NCBI RefSeq assembly: GCF_018977255.1
Contig: NW_024704743.1
Span: 36,520,001 to 36,584,000, forward strand
DNA: 64,000 nt
Source: Callorhinchus milii
Lineage: Eukaryota
Direction: 5' to 3'
Below, piece after piece: positions 28,277 to 41,990 of the stretch. Below the pieces are notes generated by a model. That model had not been told where the DNA came from. It did not search any database and saw only the letters and a list, made by a program, of their open reading frames with translations. Position numbers and translations under genes: made by a program. Positions within the stretch are counted from its first letter, which is position 1. Each line of letters begins with the position of its first letter.

Positions 28277-31200
28277 GGATTCAACAGTTCACTTAGTGCA
28301 AATATTCCCAGCAATGTCCACTCGCACAACTCATTGTGCACCAATGGAATTGCATATTGAGGCTAATCCGTTCAACAGAGAAAACAAAACAGTTCCAACT
28401 TTCATAGTCATTCGATAAACAGAATACTGGCATGATTCAATGGAAAAGTTTCTCTGAATTTTCAGGTTATGATTTGCAACACTGAAAAAAATCATAGACT
28501 GCCCAAGGACAGTTCTGTACACTGAGCTTACCCTCCCTCTCAACTGCACAGCTGTTGTGTTGGGTATTGAATGACCTCAACACTTAAATACATGTGGGCT
28601 GAAACCAATGTGTGGAACAGGCAGGAAGGGGCCAGACAATCAGCTGATCTTTATTCTTGTACACCAGCCCTTCAATCACAACTTCCACATCCTCTCAAGA
28701 ATAACCAACTTCCTGCAACAATTAGGTCTGCTTTCCCTTCTTTCTATTGCTTCTGAACAGTCTTTACTGCATATTAGGACACAGTACTATCCCCTCACCC
28801 TCATGGTATGGTAGATCTACAGGCTTGCCTGTTTAAATGGGGCCTCTTTCCTTTTACAAAATGCAGCCATTATTCTGTCCACTTGTACAGTCTAATTTAA
28901 TTTAATCAATGAAAGGTTGTCGTTTAGTCCATGGACAAAACAATCAATTCTATTCGATTTACTAGCAGATGGTAATTGAAACTAAATTTAAGCATTTGCA
29001 AGAAAATATTTTTTTTTAATTGTTTTACAAAGGCTGCAATGTAAATAGCAAAGAAACTAAGCAAAAATAAGTCTCCAATACTGAATCCAGCAAACAAATG
29101 CTTACGGAGGAGGAAACACATGCAAATTAAAAAAAGTTTTTTTTTAAAATGTATAATCTTACATTTGGTATGATTCGTTTCACATCAGTACGCTGTCTCA
29201 GGATACTGTCTAATTGTCACTGAACTACATTTGACTTGCAGAAAACACACATGAATGTTCATTTTGATTTGGCCATATTCCATGTGATGTTTATCTGTTG
29301 TATGAACTTGTGTCTTGAGATTGAGATCACTGCAGGTCGTATGCCACTTTAACTATATCATTATAGTTGCTATACCACCAATAACCTTGTACAGTATAAT
29401 TCAGCAGTTTACATACGAGCTAATACACACTGTATTCCAAGGATGAGTCAGCAACTAATTTCCAAAAATCATGATTCTCAATGTCATACACAGTTTTCTG
29501 TGTATTGATACACTGGGAAAAGAACAATGAACATTGCATTGATACCAAACAGGTTTTGTCATTTTTAACAGTCTGTCTCATTCCAGTATAATTCACTCAC
29601 GGTATAGTTTAGGTACTTTGACTCAAGCTTCTGACTGCTCAACTTAGAAGTTGAGACAAAGAGGCGACAATTGTTTTTTGGACACACACGGAAATCCACC
29701 ACCATGCTCAAGATTATCCAAACCAAGTTCCATGCATGCCACCAACACATGGAAATCTCTGTGTTTTGGAATAGAATGAGCAGCTGGCGAGATGGTTCCT
29801 GCTTACCTAATTCCAGAGAGTGGTTGGCTAGAGCTAGGGCTTGGGGACCACAATGTGCATTGGGGAACTACTAGACTCTAATCAGCTAATATGGCTTAGC
29901 TTACCACTGAAAGCACTGTCTGGCAAGATGCTGCCTAGCAGCTCGGACCACCATAAATGTTTGGGTTTTGGCTTGTATAGGATTAAAAGGAACTGAGTGG
30001 GAAGAACTCCTGCCCTCAGTGGTAGGTATGCCCCTCCAAGTCCTACCAGTGACCCAGGCTGGCTGGTCTGTTACCAGCAATACTCTGGAGTACTGCAGAC
30101 CCACCTGGCTCAGGAACTGGATTACTGAGATAGCCGCAGGAGGGCTGACTCGATGCTGACATTCCGTTGCCAAACATGTCACCTTGGAGCCAGTTAAGCT
30201 CCAAGAAGACTAGTTATCTCCTCCCCATGAGGATAAAAGATGCTGCAATGGACTCTTAGGTCCCTAGCATTAATGAGATAGTATTTTATAAAAAGTTTCT
30301 GACTACTGCAGTTATCAGTTAACACTATAATTTGTTGGATTTTGCAAACTTATCAAACATTTTTTACCTTTGGTAAACGTCTCATTGTTAGCCACTCTAC
30401 AACCCTTCATGGGTCTAGAGCATTGGTCCGCAGAACCTGGGGATATAAGATGATTACTGTGCATCAGAAAAGATCAGCAATGATGCATATTCCATCCATA
30501 TAACTGTTATGGCAACCAACCAGTGGGGTGACATGAAGTGAATAGAGTCAAGAGATGTGAATGAAACTGTGGGACTGAGAGGACTTTCTCCCCTGACAAG
30601 TATTTGCTAAAGGAATTATTTTTTAACAAAACTTTTGAGTGTGCCGAAACTTCCAAATCAATATGTAAATCCTTCTATAGACTTGGGCTCCTAAAAAAGA
30701 GCTTTGTTCACAAGAAATTGACGCTGAAAACATGAAAGAAAAAGCAGAAAGCAAATTTTGTTTTGAAATAACTTTTGATGTTTTTATCTTCCATGTTGGT
30801 GATCGTGAAAGTTGAAAGGAATTTGCTTTGGAGTTTTGAAAGATATATTTTGAATGCAATTTAAACAAGGAAATAGAGCACAAATTGATAGCCAACCAGG
30901 CTGACTGGCCGCATCAAAGAATGCTTGGTTGTGGGATCATCGTCCTAATCCCAGTTCAATATCTTGCTGGTCTTGGCCGAAATAAAACATCTCCTGCTGG
31001 CTGATCACAGAGAATCATTGTAAACTGTGGAAAGTATGAGTGACTGTGTTTTTGTTTAAAAATCAATTTAGAGTAGTCAACCTTTTAAATTCCTGAAAAA
31101 AGTTGCTGAAAAAAAAATCCTGAAATTTCTGCATTCGCCTTTACCTCTAAAATGTCAGTTCCACGTTGCTTTCAAATTGATTAATTTCAAGCGACTGTAC

Positions 31201-34200
31201 TGAATTAACATTATTAAACTGAGTGCACCATAAAAGCCATTTACCGCATTCAGATCAAAATACACTGAAGTCCACTACAATAAACACTGATATGCCTCAA
31301 TTCATTCCTCAGTGGAACATTTCTGGTATTTAATAGATCAGTATGAAGATAGCATAAAACTAGGTTTTCCCTTTCGAAATCTAAGACTTTTTATTGCGTT
31401 CTATTGTAAGAATAATGACTGGAACACAAAAACTTACTGTAAGATGGTTCCATTTATGACTTTATAATACTGGTTATGTAGGTCTTGCAATACAAGTTGA
31501 ACACATTTGACTCCTTGGCGGCAAAAATAAAGGACGAGGAACAAACACACGTTATCAGGAAAAATTTCTGAAAAAAGCTCAAGTACAGATTTTTGAAGGA
31601 ACTTTACTGAACAGAAACTATTCAGTTAAGCGACCTTTGAAAGTTATAATTCCACTCCCCCGACCGTCTCGTGAGCAAAGGCACTGCTCATTGTCGCACT
31701 GACCCACACAGACCAGAAGGTGGTAAATTGAATTACTGATCCGATTACATTAAATGCAATAGCGGGGCAGCACCAGACACATTAAAATCAGCTTTTATCC
31801 CTCACAGTTGAGGGAAAGAGAAACAAATCAGCAAAGGTTCCAGACCTTGGGTGTGATCTGTTGGAAAATGTGCATCACTAACAGGAGATGGGATGATGAT
31901 AGAATGTCGCTCAAGTGTGTTGCATCCTTGGTTGAGAATTCTGTCCATACCCACTGTCATGGCTCATCCATGAACAACGGTCACTTGGGCAAGATGCCAG
32001 AGGGCTGCCAGCACCCAAAGAATTGCATGACATCCAGATTCAGCAACTTCAGGAAAGCAGAGAGTAGCAAATTAGCAAAAACAGTAATTTTGTACTCAGT
32101 TACATTTGAAGCACCATGACTAAGGAAAAGCTCCCTCTATAAATTTTACGTAGCGTCACCATAAATAAGTGGATGGCACCTGACCATTATTCTACATAAA
32201 GAGGATTTCTATTGTGGTACCAAAAATCATGCAAAAGTCTGAATATTTTTGATTTCACAATGACAAAGGAGTATTGGTCACTAAACAAAGTGAACAGGAA
32301 ATGACTGTTCTGAAGGCAATGGGAATCACATTGCATTTAAATTAAAATGTACAAGAGGTAAATGATCCATTTAACGTTGAAACAACTGTTGATTAATAAC
32401 AAAAAGGGCACAGGAAAAAATACAAAGATATAGTCGAATTATTTCAACTTCTTTAGAAAATGAATAATCAGCATTTGAACAAGGCACAAAGGGTAAAACG
32501 TCAAATTGATTTTTCAGGCAATATTGTAGTGGTTATCACCTATGATTTTGAAACAATCCTGCAGTATGAAAAATTGAGGGCAATATTGACTGTAGCAAGA
32601 TTAAAAAGGCTACCCAATGTCTTGATGTCTACAAAAACATGGAATTTAATCTGGTCTTGTGGATCATAAATGTAGCAGGATAAAAACAAAAAAGACATTC
32701 ACCTAATGAAATAACATTAAAAGGGAAGTCTTTATCATCTTTATAATCTGGTGAGGGGAAGTCCTTGGCCACCTGATAAAATACTGGTTTTATTACTTCC
32801 ACTAGGCAGCAAGTCAGTAATGAGAAGGAACAGATTTAATGGAATCAAAAGACTCAAGTTTGTTTTGCATAATTCTGTACATTTGGTCACGACAACCAGC
32901 AATTCATGGTCACTGATGATAGTTGGGAGAATTTGCAACAGGAAGCAACCAATGTTCAGGCAGCGCTGTTTGTTGTGTCTTCCTCCCCAACACAAAGCAA
33001 AACCAGAACACAATGGTTTAACAGACCTGTTATTTGTGGCTTCCGTAGAAAAAAAGTTCCGTAGATTAAAAAGTACAGTACTATACATGAATCTTTGCAA
33101 AGTGTTTGGTTTCAAAAGGTAAGATTTATTATTCATCATTCTCCTTCAACAAATTATGCAGTTAAAAATCGTTTGACCTGGTATTGGTAATGAAAAGTAT
33201 TAGTGAGCTTAAATCACAACTTTTTAAAATACACATACGTAGAACTTTTAAATGGTTTTGGAAAAGGGGAAGAGGTAAGAAGTCATCAGGATTATTTTAA
33301 TTTATTAGTATAAATGCACTTTTGGAAAAATTGCACCTCAGTCAATTCACTCTTGTTCTATACTCACTATTAAAGCATCACTTTTGTGATGGATGACTGC
33401 TCTCAGACCAAACCACCACAAGTCCAGCAACCATCAAGACTTCATTCATACATTATTCAACTTAAAATGCTCTCTCCAGACACAATCCATGTTTGCAAAT
33501 TCTTGAATTGGGCTGGGCATTTATTTACACAAATGTATAGCGTATGAAATTTCACACACACTTTGCTGGCTACTGTGATGCGCTGAATGAGCTTTCGCAT
33601 GAACAGTTGCTAATGAGTGATATCGCACAAATTGCGACAAGAATGGAATTCTTAAAAAACACAAGAGCACAAAACCTAGTGGAAGCAATCCAAGTCTGAG
33701 AGCTGTCTGTGAAGCGCTTTAAGACGTCTAGAAGACGTGAAAAGCCCTATATCAAATGCAAAGATTATTATTATTAATGATATGGTGATATTGTGATTGC
33801 ATTACTACATATTCAGATCACATTTTTACACATTTTGCTTTTATATTAAACAAAATTTTACTGTCTCTTTTCCTCTATTGCTCATTTAAAGGTGGAAAAA
33901 CAGCAATAATGTTTGGGTCCAGAGTTTAAACCCACTGTAAAATGATGGGACGAAAATCCCCTCTACTATTAGTAGCCATAACATAACTTAAGCTAGTCTC
34001 AATCTTAGTTGGTGTAAAATCACAGCACAAATCTAGTCTTCATTTGTAATTAATTTGTATTCCAACTCGAGAGGTTTATAGGAAGTAAAAAGATGTCACA
34101 CTCGTGTAATCCGAGGTATTCTTCTTAGGTGGAGGGATGAGCCACATTGTAGATAGACAGGTATTTTCTTTGTAATCTTTGTATTTTCAAAGATTGATTT

Positions 34201-36042
34201 ACACACCTGACCTGTTCTTTATTATTTTGTAACAGGAAATCCAAATAATGTTGGGAAATTATTTGGAGATGTTACCAATTCTGATTATGTGATACAGATA
34301 ATTAACAATACTATTAGTGCAGAGTCCTTCCAATTCAACCACAATATTTGTGTGTTTGTTCAGTTCATTACTCCCAACAACATCAACCAGTTTTAACATG
34401 TGCAATAAAACTCATCACAAAGATTAAAATTAAAAAAGAATGTTAGAAATACACGTTAACTGAATTTTTTTCAAATGAAAAGGATTCTCGTGCAAGAATC
34501 TGATCAATAAAATTTGTAACAGAAAATGTTAGCTTCTACCCATTTAGCCAACTACTAAATTTGGTGGGAGGAGAGGGTAAGTGAAAGGCGCTTTTCATCC
34601 CCATGTATGAGCGCTTTGGGACTTCCTCCGGACGTGAAAGCTACATCACATGATGGAGATGACAAAAAATTTGCATCATGAAGAACACCCCCCACCCCCC
34701 AAACATACACACACACAAGATCTTAGGTGACTGAAATACATAGAAAAATCTACTCTAAAGACCATCTGTCAAAAGTAGCTAATGACACAATGCAAAATAC
34801 AGATCACATCAGGTAACAATGACCTATCTGCCCACAAGACCACAGGAAGATAGTACCATATGTGATCTCCGTGGGCAGATTTCACTGTAATTACAGAACA
34901 GTGACAGTTGTAAGGATGGCTTTTTTTTTGTAAAACATCATTTTCCAAAGCACAAGCAGTCTTTATTAATCTACTGCAGCACAGACACACTTCTTAAGAG
35001 TTACACGCAGTACTTGGGCTTTATCCAGCTAATAAGAAAGCATTTCACTGTTAAGTGGATAGCATCATTCTTTTATCCACTTGCAAAATAATCTGGGAAG
35101 AGATTATTCAATACCTTTTGGACCAAATGTTCTCTTTACAAACAGAATGGCCAGGAAATCATTTCTATTTTTATAATTTGTTTCAATCAGGATGGGAAAC
35201 AATCCTACAATGATATTTCCCTGTTTTTTTAAAAAAAAATCACTGCAACAATGATATGGTGCTCATATTAAAATCTTCATCCATACAACATATGGATGTC
35301 CAGAGAAAGGGCTCAGAAAGCTCACAAGGGACAAGGGACATGAAACAGGCTGGTAGGTCTGAAGGAGGTCACAGAGATAGGGTACATATTAGATAAGGGT
35401 AGGGAAAAAAATATGGAGGGAGCAATCCAAGGAACTATCACTGGTTTCTAACCAGTAACTAACTTCCTGTGCACATGTTTATGTGTGAATGGATATCTGG
35501 ATCAGGCAAAGCCTCTTCCTCACCCCCTCCTCCTCCAGTCAAAATGAACGATTGGTACTCAATGGTATGGATTCATCCACGAAGAATGGCCATTCAGAAG
35601 TAAAACCAGAGGGCAGAGGGGGACCAGTGTGAGTCGGTGCCTCATCGGGGAAGCAAAGAGGCAACAATTGGGGGCTCGGAAAAGGTTCGGCTTCTTCCTT
35701 TTTGTTTGAAAAAAATATTTTTTTTTAAAAAAAGGTCTATTTAAATGCTAATGATTAGCCACACATCTCAGGACCATTTCGTAAATGCATCCTCTCGACA
35801 AGAGTTTCATTGAAACGTACAGACAGATAAATCGTGTGTCTGTATGGGATGCCCTTGATTAATATTCACACAGGGCAGCAGCACAGCAGATGGTGACCTG
35901 TAAGCTCCATATAGGCTCCATACCCTATACCCGGCCACAAGGTAACATCCTACAGACCTGATCCTATTTTGATTACAATTCTTGTAAATTCCACTTGCAT
36001 CCAGATTCTATTAAATATTTTCTTGCAGCTCTTTTTTTTTTG

Positions 36043-36097
36043 GAGGGTTGGTGGGGGGTGGGGGATGGGGGGGGGGGGGGGGGGGGGGGGTTGGGGA
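36043..36097. repeat. Poly-G / G-run tract, G-quadruplex capable
   Basis: Long G homopolymer flanked by further G runs. Confidence 0.85.
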
Positions 36098-37064
36098 GCT
36101 CCTTCATCCCCACCCTCGGGAAACCCTGAAGGTCCAAGTCGGTGCTGCGTCGCTCGCAGTAATGGCACAAGACGTAAGCCATCAAATGGAAACATGATCT
36201 CTGAATCACATTTCTGATGCAATGATCGAAAAACACTGAAACTGCTCACTCCTTTGTTGCAGATAAGGGAAACGAAAACCAAAACGAACTTCGATTAACG
36301 GCCAAATCCCAGCACACCGCCCAAAAAATACATACACAAATAAATACATAAATACATAAATACATAAAGATAGATCCATCAATCTGCATTCAGATCGCCT
36401 CTCAAAGAAGTCCATTATGTGGCTGAATGTGGTGATGCCTTGTTATCCTTAATGTATGCATCTACCAGAAAACGCACTGTGCATCCGGTTAACATTGCAG
36501 CCTCCACACTCCCTCCCTCCCTCCCTCCCTCCCTCACTGGGCGCTGAGCAGAGATAACGTTAGGAGGAAGCTGTGGGGGCCATTTGCGAGCCGCACTGGA
36601 AGAGCTTCACCCCCCCCCCCCTGCCCCTGACCCTGACCAGGCACCATTGGGGCAGCACAGGAACACCAGCAAACAGCCCCCCGGGGGGAGGGAAGCTGCA
36701 AACTGCAGCATCATCGCTTGACATCAACATCGGCGCGACACAACCTTAGGGCTACTCATCCGACCCAACGCGTTGCAAATCGATCCGCTTCACGGTCGGT
36801 AGCATTCAGTGATAGCGACATACACACAGGTCCGTCCGCCTCACCTGCACCCGGTCCTGACCAGTTCGCCTGGCGGGGCATCAGCCCGCGGGGCGCACGG
36901 GGCAGCGGAGCATCCGAACACGTTGGTTTCATGACTAATGAACATTGTCACTGGTGGTTAACCCCCAATGGTAAACCTTAGTGCTGAGGAAGCGTCAGTG
37001 ACTCCTTACCAAGTGTCACCTTGTGAGAGTTACTGGTAGCAAAGCCCTACATCTTAGATTTCGG

Positions 37065-37288
37065 TATATATATATATATATGATACTGCGTATACATACA
37101 TACATACACACACACACATACACACACATACACACACACACACATACACACACACACACACACATACACACATGCACACACACACACATACACACACACA
37201 TACACATACACACAAACACATACACACACATACACACATGCACACACACATACACACAATTCAAAGAGCAACGTACACACACACACAG
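37065..37288. repeat. Compound (TA)n/(CA)n microsatellite
   Basis: Directly visible. Confidence 0.95.
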
Positions 37289-37385
37289 TTGTTCCAACCC
37301 CCCCGCAAAACGCACGACAGTCGCGTTAATCTACACACCGAGAAACAGGGCAAAAAAAAAAGGCATCCAGTGTAGCAACACTTAC

Positions 37386-38330
37386 CGAGTGCCCGCGGCG
37401 GGGGGAGGGGTTCTTCTAATCGTGCAAAAAAAATAATAATAATACTGTATCTGCAGATAATATAATCCCGGGCTGGGTCGGTTCTCGGTGCTCCCCGGGG
37501 GCTGGAGCCCCTTGGACCTTCTTCACTTAGCGGTCCCCCCCCGCCCCCCCCAGCAGCACTCCCGAGGCCAGTTTCCCAGCAGAGGAAGGCTGCAGTCAGC
37601 TGCTGCTTCACCAGGAGGAGCGTCCTCTTGACTTTTCTGGCTGCTTTCTTTCTTTTCTTTTCTTTTCTTTCTTGCTTTTCTCGTCCTCCGCAAAAGTCCA
37701 GGAGCTCTTCTTCTTCTCTTCTTCTCTTCCTCTCCCCCCCCCCACTCCCCGGGCAGCCGATTTCCCAGCTCACATTCAACTCGTTGCAGTTAAATTTTTT
37801 TTTGGGGGTGGGGGTGGTTTTTTTTTTTTTTGCTTGCGTTTAAATATTTGATGTTTCCCCTCTCTCCCCCACCACCCACCCACCACCACCACCACCACCA
37901 CCCACCACCCTGGCCGCCCCCTTCTTCCCCGGGTGACTGGGCAATAGCGGGCAGCAGAGACCCAGAGGGTGTGGATGCATGTAATCCACGCGTGGTTAGG
38001 AGACGGCTCCGAAACCAGTCATCCGCCTGGAGAGCACCTCGCCCTGCACTTCCTCTTTTAAACTGCTGCAAGGCTCGCTTTTGCTGCACAGCAAGAAAAC
38101 GTTGCGTTAAAAACAAAAAAGAAGGATTTGCCGGTGCGAGTATTTTTTTTTTCTCTCTCTCTCTCTCTTTCTCTCTCTCTCGTTGCAGCTTTTATTTGCT
38201 CGGTGCTGCTGTGCTCAAGCCTCGGTTCTCCTCCATGCTGCTCTCTCTGTGTGTATGTGTGTGTGTGTGTGTCTCTCTCTCTCTCTCTCTCGCCCTCTCA
38301 CTGTCACACAGGGATTGCACTCCACCGACG
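37386..38330 (-). other. Probable non-coding first exon of a - strand gene (TRAK1 expected from ULK4-TRAK1 head-to-head synteny); 5' boundary approximate
   Basis: GC/CpG-rich low-complexity UTR-like sequence ending in a strong donor TCG|GTAAGT (+ strand acttac 37380-37385); no long ATG-initiated ORF. Gene identity rests on synteny only. Confidence 0.5.
38142..38300. repeat. Poly-T, (CT)n and (GT)n microsatellites
   Basis: Directly visible. Confidence 0.9.
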
Positions 38331-38436
38331 TCAGCTGCTAAAACCCTCAGGAGAAGGAAGGGGGGGGATTCACACTGAGGATTAACCACTTGCCAGTCCA
38401 TTGGGTGCACACTGCTGAAGTCAAACGTTTCTTTGG

Positions 38437-38822
38437 TGTGTCAGCCTTGGCTCGGTCGGTTGGTAGCCCTCTCCACTCGGGAGTCAGAAGGTTGTGGGCT
38501 CAAGCCCCACGTTGGGACCTGGAAGCACAGGGGGAGGTGTGGGTTGCTTTGTCAGAAGGTAACCCCCTTCTGGTGGATGTTAAAGATCTCGTGGGTATGA
38601 TGCGGAAAGAGAAGGGAGTTTCTCTCGTTGTCCTGGCCAACAAATCCCCCCCAAATAAAATTGGTCACATGGCTGTGTGGGAGCCATCGCTGTGTGCAAC
38701 TGTCTGCCACATTTTGCCCAGAAAATGCAGTCAGTCCATTTTTCAGTATACCCTGTGAAGCGCTTTGAGACGTCTCGATGATGTGATAAGGCGCTATATC
38801 AAATGCAAGCATTGTTATTATT
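38437..38822 (+). mobile_element. DeuSINE-like element just upstream of the - strand first exon
   Basis: Head gtgtcagccttggctcggtcggttggtag...tcaagccccac; core ggatgttaaagatc; shared SINE tail. Confidence 0.75.
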
Positions 38823-40757
38823 AAATGGTGCTGTAGACTGCATCTATTCCATACGCGCGCGTCCGCGTGTGTGTTTCACACTGTTGCTGTTTTTGAGCTC
38901 TTTTACATCAATAATGTCAAATATATGCTGTAGCTATAAGGCAAATTTCAAGTTAATAAATGTGAAAAGGACTGTCAGGGGGTGGGAGGAGGAGAAATGA
39001 AGGGGGGTCTCCTTGGAACTCAACTAACTGCAACGTGACATGTTTGGCAATGGAATGTCAGAATCTCTGTGGTGATCTTGGATGTCCAGTACCTGCGCCA
39101 GGCTGGTCCGCAGTACTCAGGACACTGCTGGTGGCTGCTCAGCTAACACAGTTCATTGGCAGGACTTGGAAAGACAGACGTAACCCTAGGGACAAGGAAG
39201 CCTGCCAGACAGTACTTTCAATAGCAAACTATGTAGTTTTAGCTGTTTAGACTCCAGCCGTAGCCCAATGCACAAGCCTTGATCTTTGCCAACCTGCGCC
39301 TCTACACTCTGGAATTAAGGAAGCAGAATGCATCCCTCCATGGAGAGAGACTATTCCAATCAACATCTCAGGAATCTCCATGTATAGGTGGGATGCATGA
39401 AACTCCGATTTCTTTGGATACTCCTAAGCAAGATGATGGGTTTCCACATCTGTCCAACACCTGGCTTTGATTCCAATGTTCTGCACTTAGCAATGCAATT
39501 AGAAATTTATATTTGCTCAATTAGTATAAATAAAATGAAAAAATAACTGAAATGATACTGTGTGACAGCTTAGGAAGTCCCTGGGTTTCATCACTGGTCC
39601 ACATAGACAGATGATTTCTGCTGGGCAGGATTTCAACTGTGACAGTTGCCTTTTATCTCCAGATTAGCTTGAAAAAAAATTGCCTGCTGCTCATTACTAT
39701 CAAATTACTGCTGGTGGAAAGTGGTGGACTCATCAATATTGACCACTTGGATGAGACTGGAGGAAAATGCACCACTTATGTAACACAAGACAACTAGAAA
39801 ACAAATATTGCTCAATTAAGGAAGAATAAATGCCTTCTAAGTCAGTGGTTTATGATCAATGGTTTATGCTTCCTATTTGTGCTGTTTTGTGATTCCAGCT
39901 CCAGTAATACCAAAAAAAGGGATACAGTAATAAGTATTTCTCTATCGCTAGAATGGTAATTATCTTCCAAAACATTAATATATATTTTTAAAGAATTATG
40001 GAAATAAGACATGGTTTAATAAAAATAGATCATCTTTGTTAAATCCCCCTAGGGATTTTATACATCTTTACTCTTTGATACACATGCTTTATTTGAAAAT
40101 TTAAACTTCGTCAATAGTAAATCTAAATGCAAATCCATATAAATTTGGTAATTCGCTTCATGGCTGTTTGTAGGATATTGCTGTATGCAAATTGACAGCC
40201 ACATTTGCCTACAAAATGTGCAGCTACTGCACTTTGCAGTATATCCTGTGAAGTTCTTTGAAATGTTCTCTTCATGTGAAAAGTGCTATAAAATGTTAGG
40301 ATTATCCATATTAGTAATTTCACATCACACGAGTCCGCAAAATAGCAGAAACGTTGTGCTACCAATAATGTCAGATCGGAATTATTTTCTGGGGAAAACT
40401 AACCTTTTGGCTTACCAACAGTTTCATACGGAGACATTACAGTTGAAGAGCCCCGTTGCTGAGCTGAATAATGTGTGGTGGGTGCAAGAGAAAATGCTCA
40501 GCGTGCACATGGGAGATGGATTTGCATTGAGATGTGTGGTGCCATTGATGCCCCCAAAACCAATGCGTCTGGTGACTGTTGGTAGTTTCAACAGAGCTTC
40601 GGTATTGTTTTGAAATGGAGGAACCTAAAGGGAAAGGGTCAAATTGACGCCAAACCCCACGTCGTGGCCGTCAAATAATGTTGCCACAGACTGCCCTTCT
40701 GCAACTCCCCCCCCAACCCCACACACTGCCTGTAGTTGACACTCAGCTGAAGTGGTG

Positions 40758-41361
40758 CCCCCCACAACCTCTCCCCTCCTCCCCCCCCACCTCTCTCTCC
40801 CCCCACCTCTCTCCCCCCACCATCTCCCCCCCCCCTCTCTCCCCCACCTCTCCCCCCCAACCTCTCCTCCTTCCCAACCTCTCTCCCCCCCCCACCTCTC
40901 TCCCCCCACCTCTCTCCCCCAACCTGTCTCCCCCAACCTCTCCTCCCCACCTCTCCCCCAACCTCTCCTCCTTCCCAACCTCTCTCCCCCCCTTCCCAAC
41001 CTCTCTCCCCCCCTTCCCAACCTCTCTCCCCCCTTCCCAACCTCTCCTCCTTCCCAACCTCTCTCCCCCCCTTCCCAACCTCTCTCCCCCCGACCTTTCC
41101 CCTCCTACCTCCCCAACCTCTCCCCCCCCTCTCTCCCCCAACCTCTCTCCCCCGACCTTTCCCCTCCTACCCCCCCAACCTCTCCCCCCACCTCTCCCCC
41201 CCACCTCTCTCCCCCCATCTCTCCCCCAACCTCTCCCCCCCCCCACCTCTCTCCCCCAACCTCTCCTCCTTCCCAACCTCTCTCCCCCAACCTCTCCTCC
41301 TTCCCAACCTCTCTCCCCCGACCTTTCCCCTCCTACCCCCCCAACCTCTCCCCCCCCCCCC
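40758..41361. repeat. ~600-nt C/T-rich minisatellite-like tract (units such as CCCAACCTCTCTCCCC, CCTTCCCAACCTCTC)
   Basis: Almost no G on the + strand; imperfect tandem units visible directly. Confidence 0.92.
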
Positions 41362-41990
41362 AGGCCGCAGCCTCACTTGACCTGTGTGAGGTCAAAGTCC
41401 TTGACCGTTGGGGCCCGAACCCACGACCTTTCCCGACTCGGAGCCGAGCCGACAGCGCGGCGCGCGCGTCCCACTCCAACCCAACGGCATCACCTCCCCC
41501 CCCCGCGTGACGTCAGCTCGGCTGAGGCAGCGTCCCGGTTGCCGCGCAACAGGCGGATCGCCCCCAACGTTTCGGCGGGAGAGGGGGCGGGGGAATCCAA
41601 AACCGCCATCCTCTTACCTGCGCGACCGCGGACACAGTGGGAGAAAACCGACTGTGACTTACGGCGTGGGAGCCGCGAGCTGAGTGGTGTGGCGTCTGGG
41701 CCCGTGCCGGTTACTGCCCTGTGAGAGCGGCGCGGGGATGAGCGCGTCTCCCCACGCGGAGACGATGGTATGATCCAGCGGCACTTCCGGGAGCCGAGCA
41801 GCGAGACGGTAATGGCCGCGCGGCGACCCCCCCCCCCCCACACTGACGGTTATTGTCAACACAAGTCCGTGTGCGGGAGGGAGACACTCACACGCACTCA
41901 CTCACTCACTCACTCACAGGACAGAAAGGCTCGCGGTCACATCATGGCATTCTCCGGCAGAAACAGAACCCAAACACGCGGCGTTTAAAA
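41362..41990. promoter_or_regulatory. CpG island, probable bidirectional promoter of ULK4 (+) and a - strand gene
   Basis: Dense CpG; CRE TGACGTCA 41508-41515; X-box-like GTTGCCGCGCAAC 41538-41550; ETS site ACTTCCGG 41783-41790; divergent splice donors CAG|GTAAG on - (41618/41617) and ACG|GTAATG on + (41808/41809). Confidence 0.75.

Noticed and set aside
1..37000. TRAK1 coding exons on the - strand
   Set aside because: No recognisable TRAK1/HAP1-domain peptide found; short or divergent exons cannot be excluded by eye.
37016..37436. Cys/Val and His/Thr ORFs
   Set aside because: Translations of the (CA)n microsatellite.
40625..41724. Long Pro-rich and Gly/Arg-rich ORFs (up to 348 aa)
   Set aside because: By-product of the C/T repeat and GC-rich island, which are depleted of stop codons in most frames.
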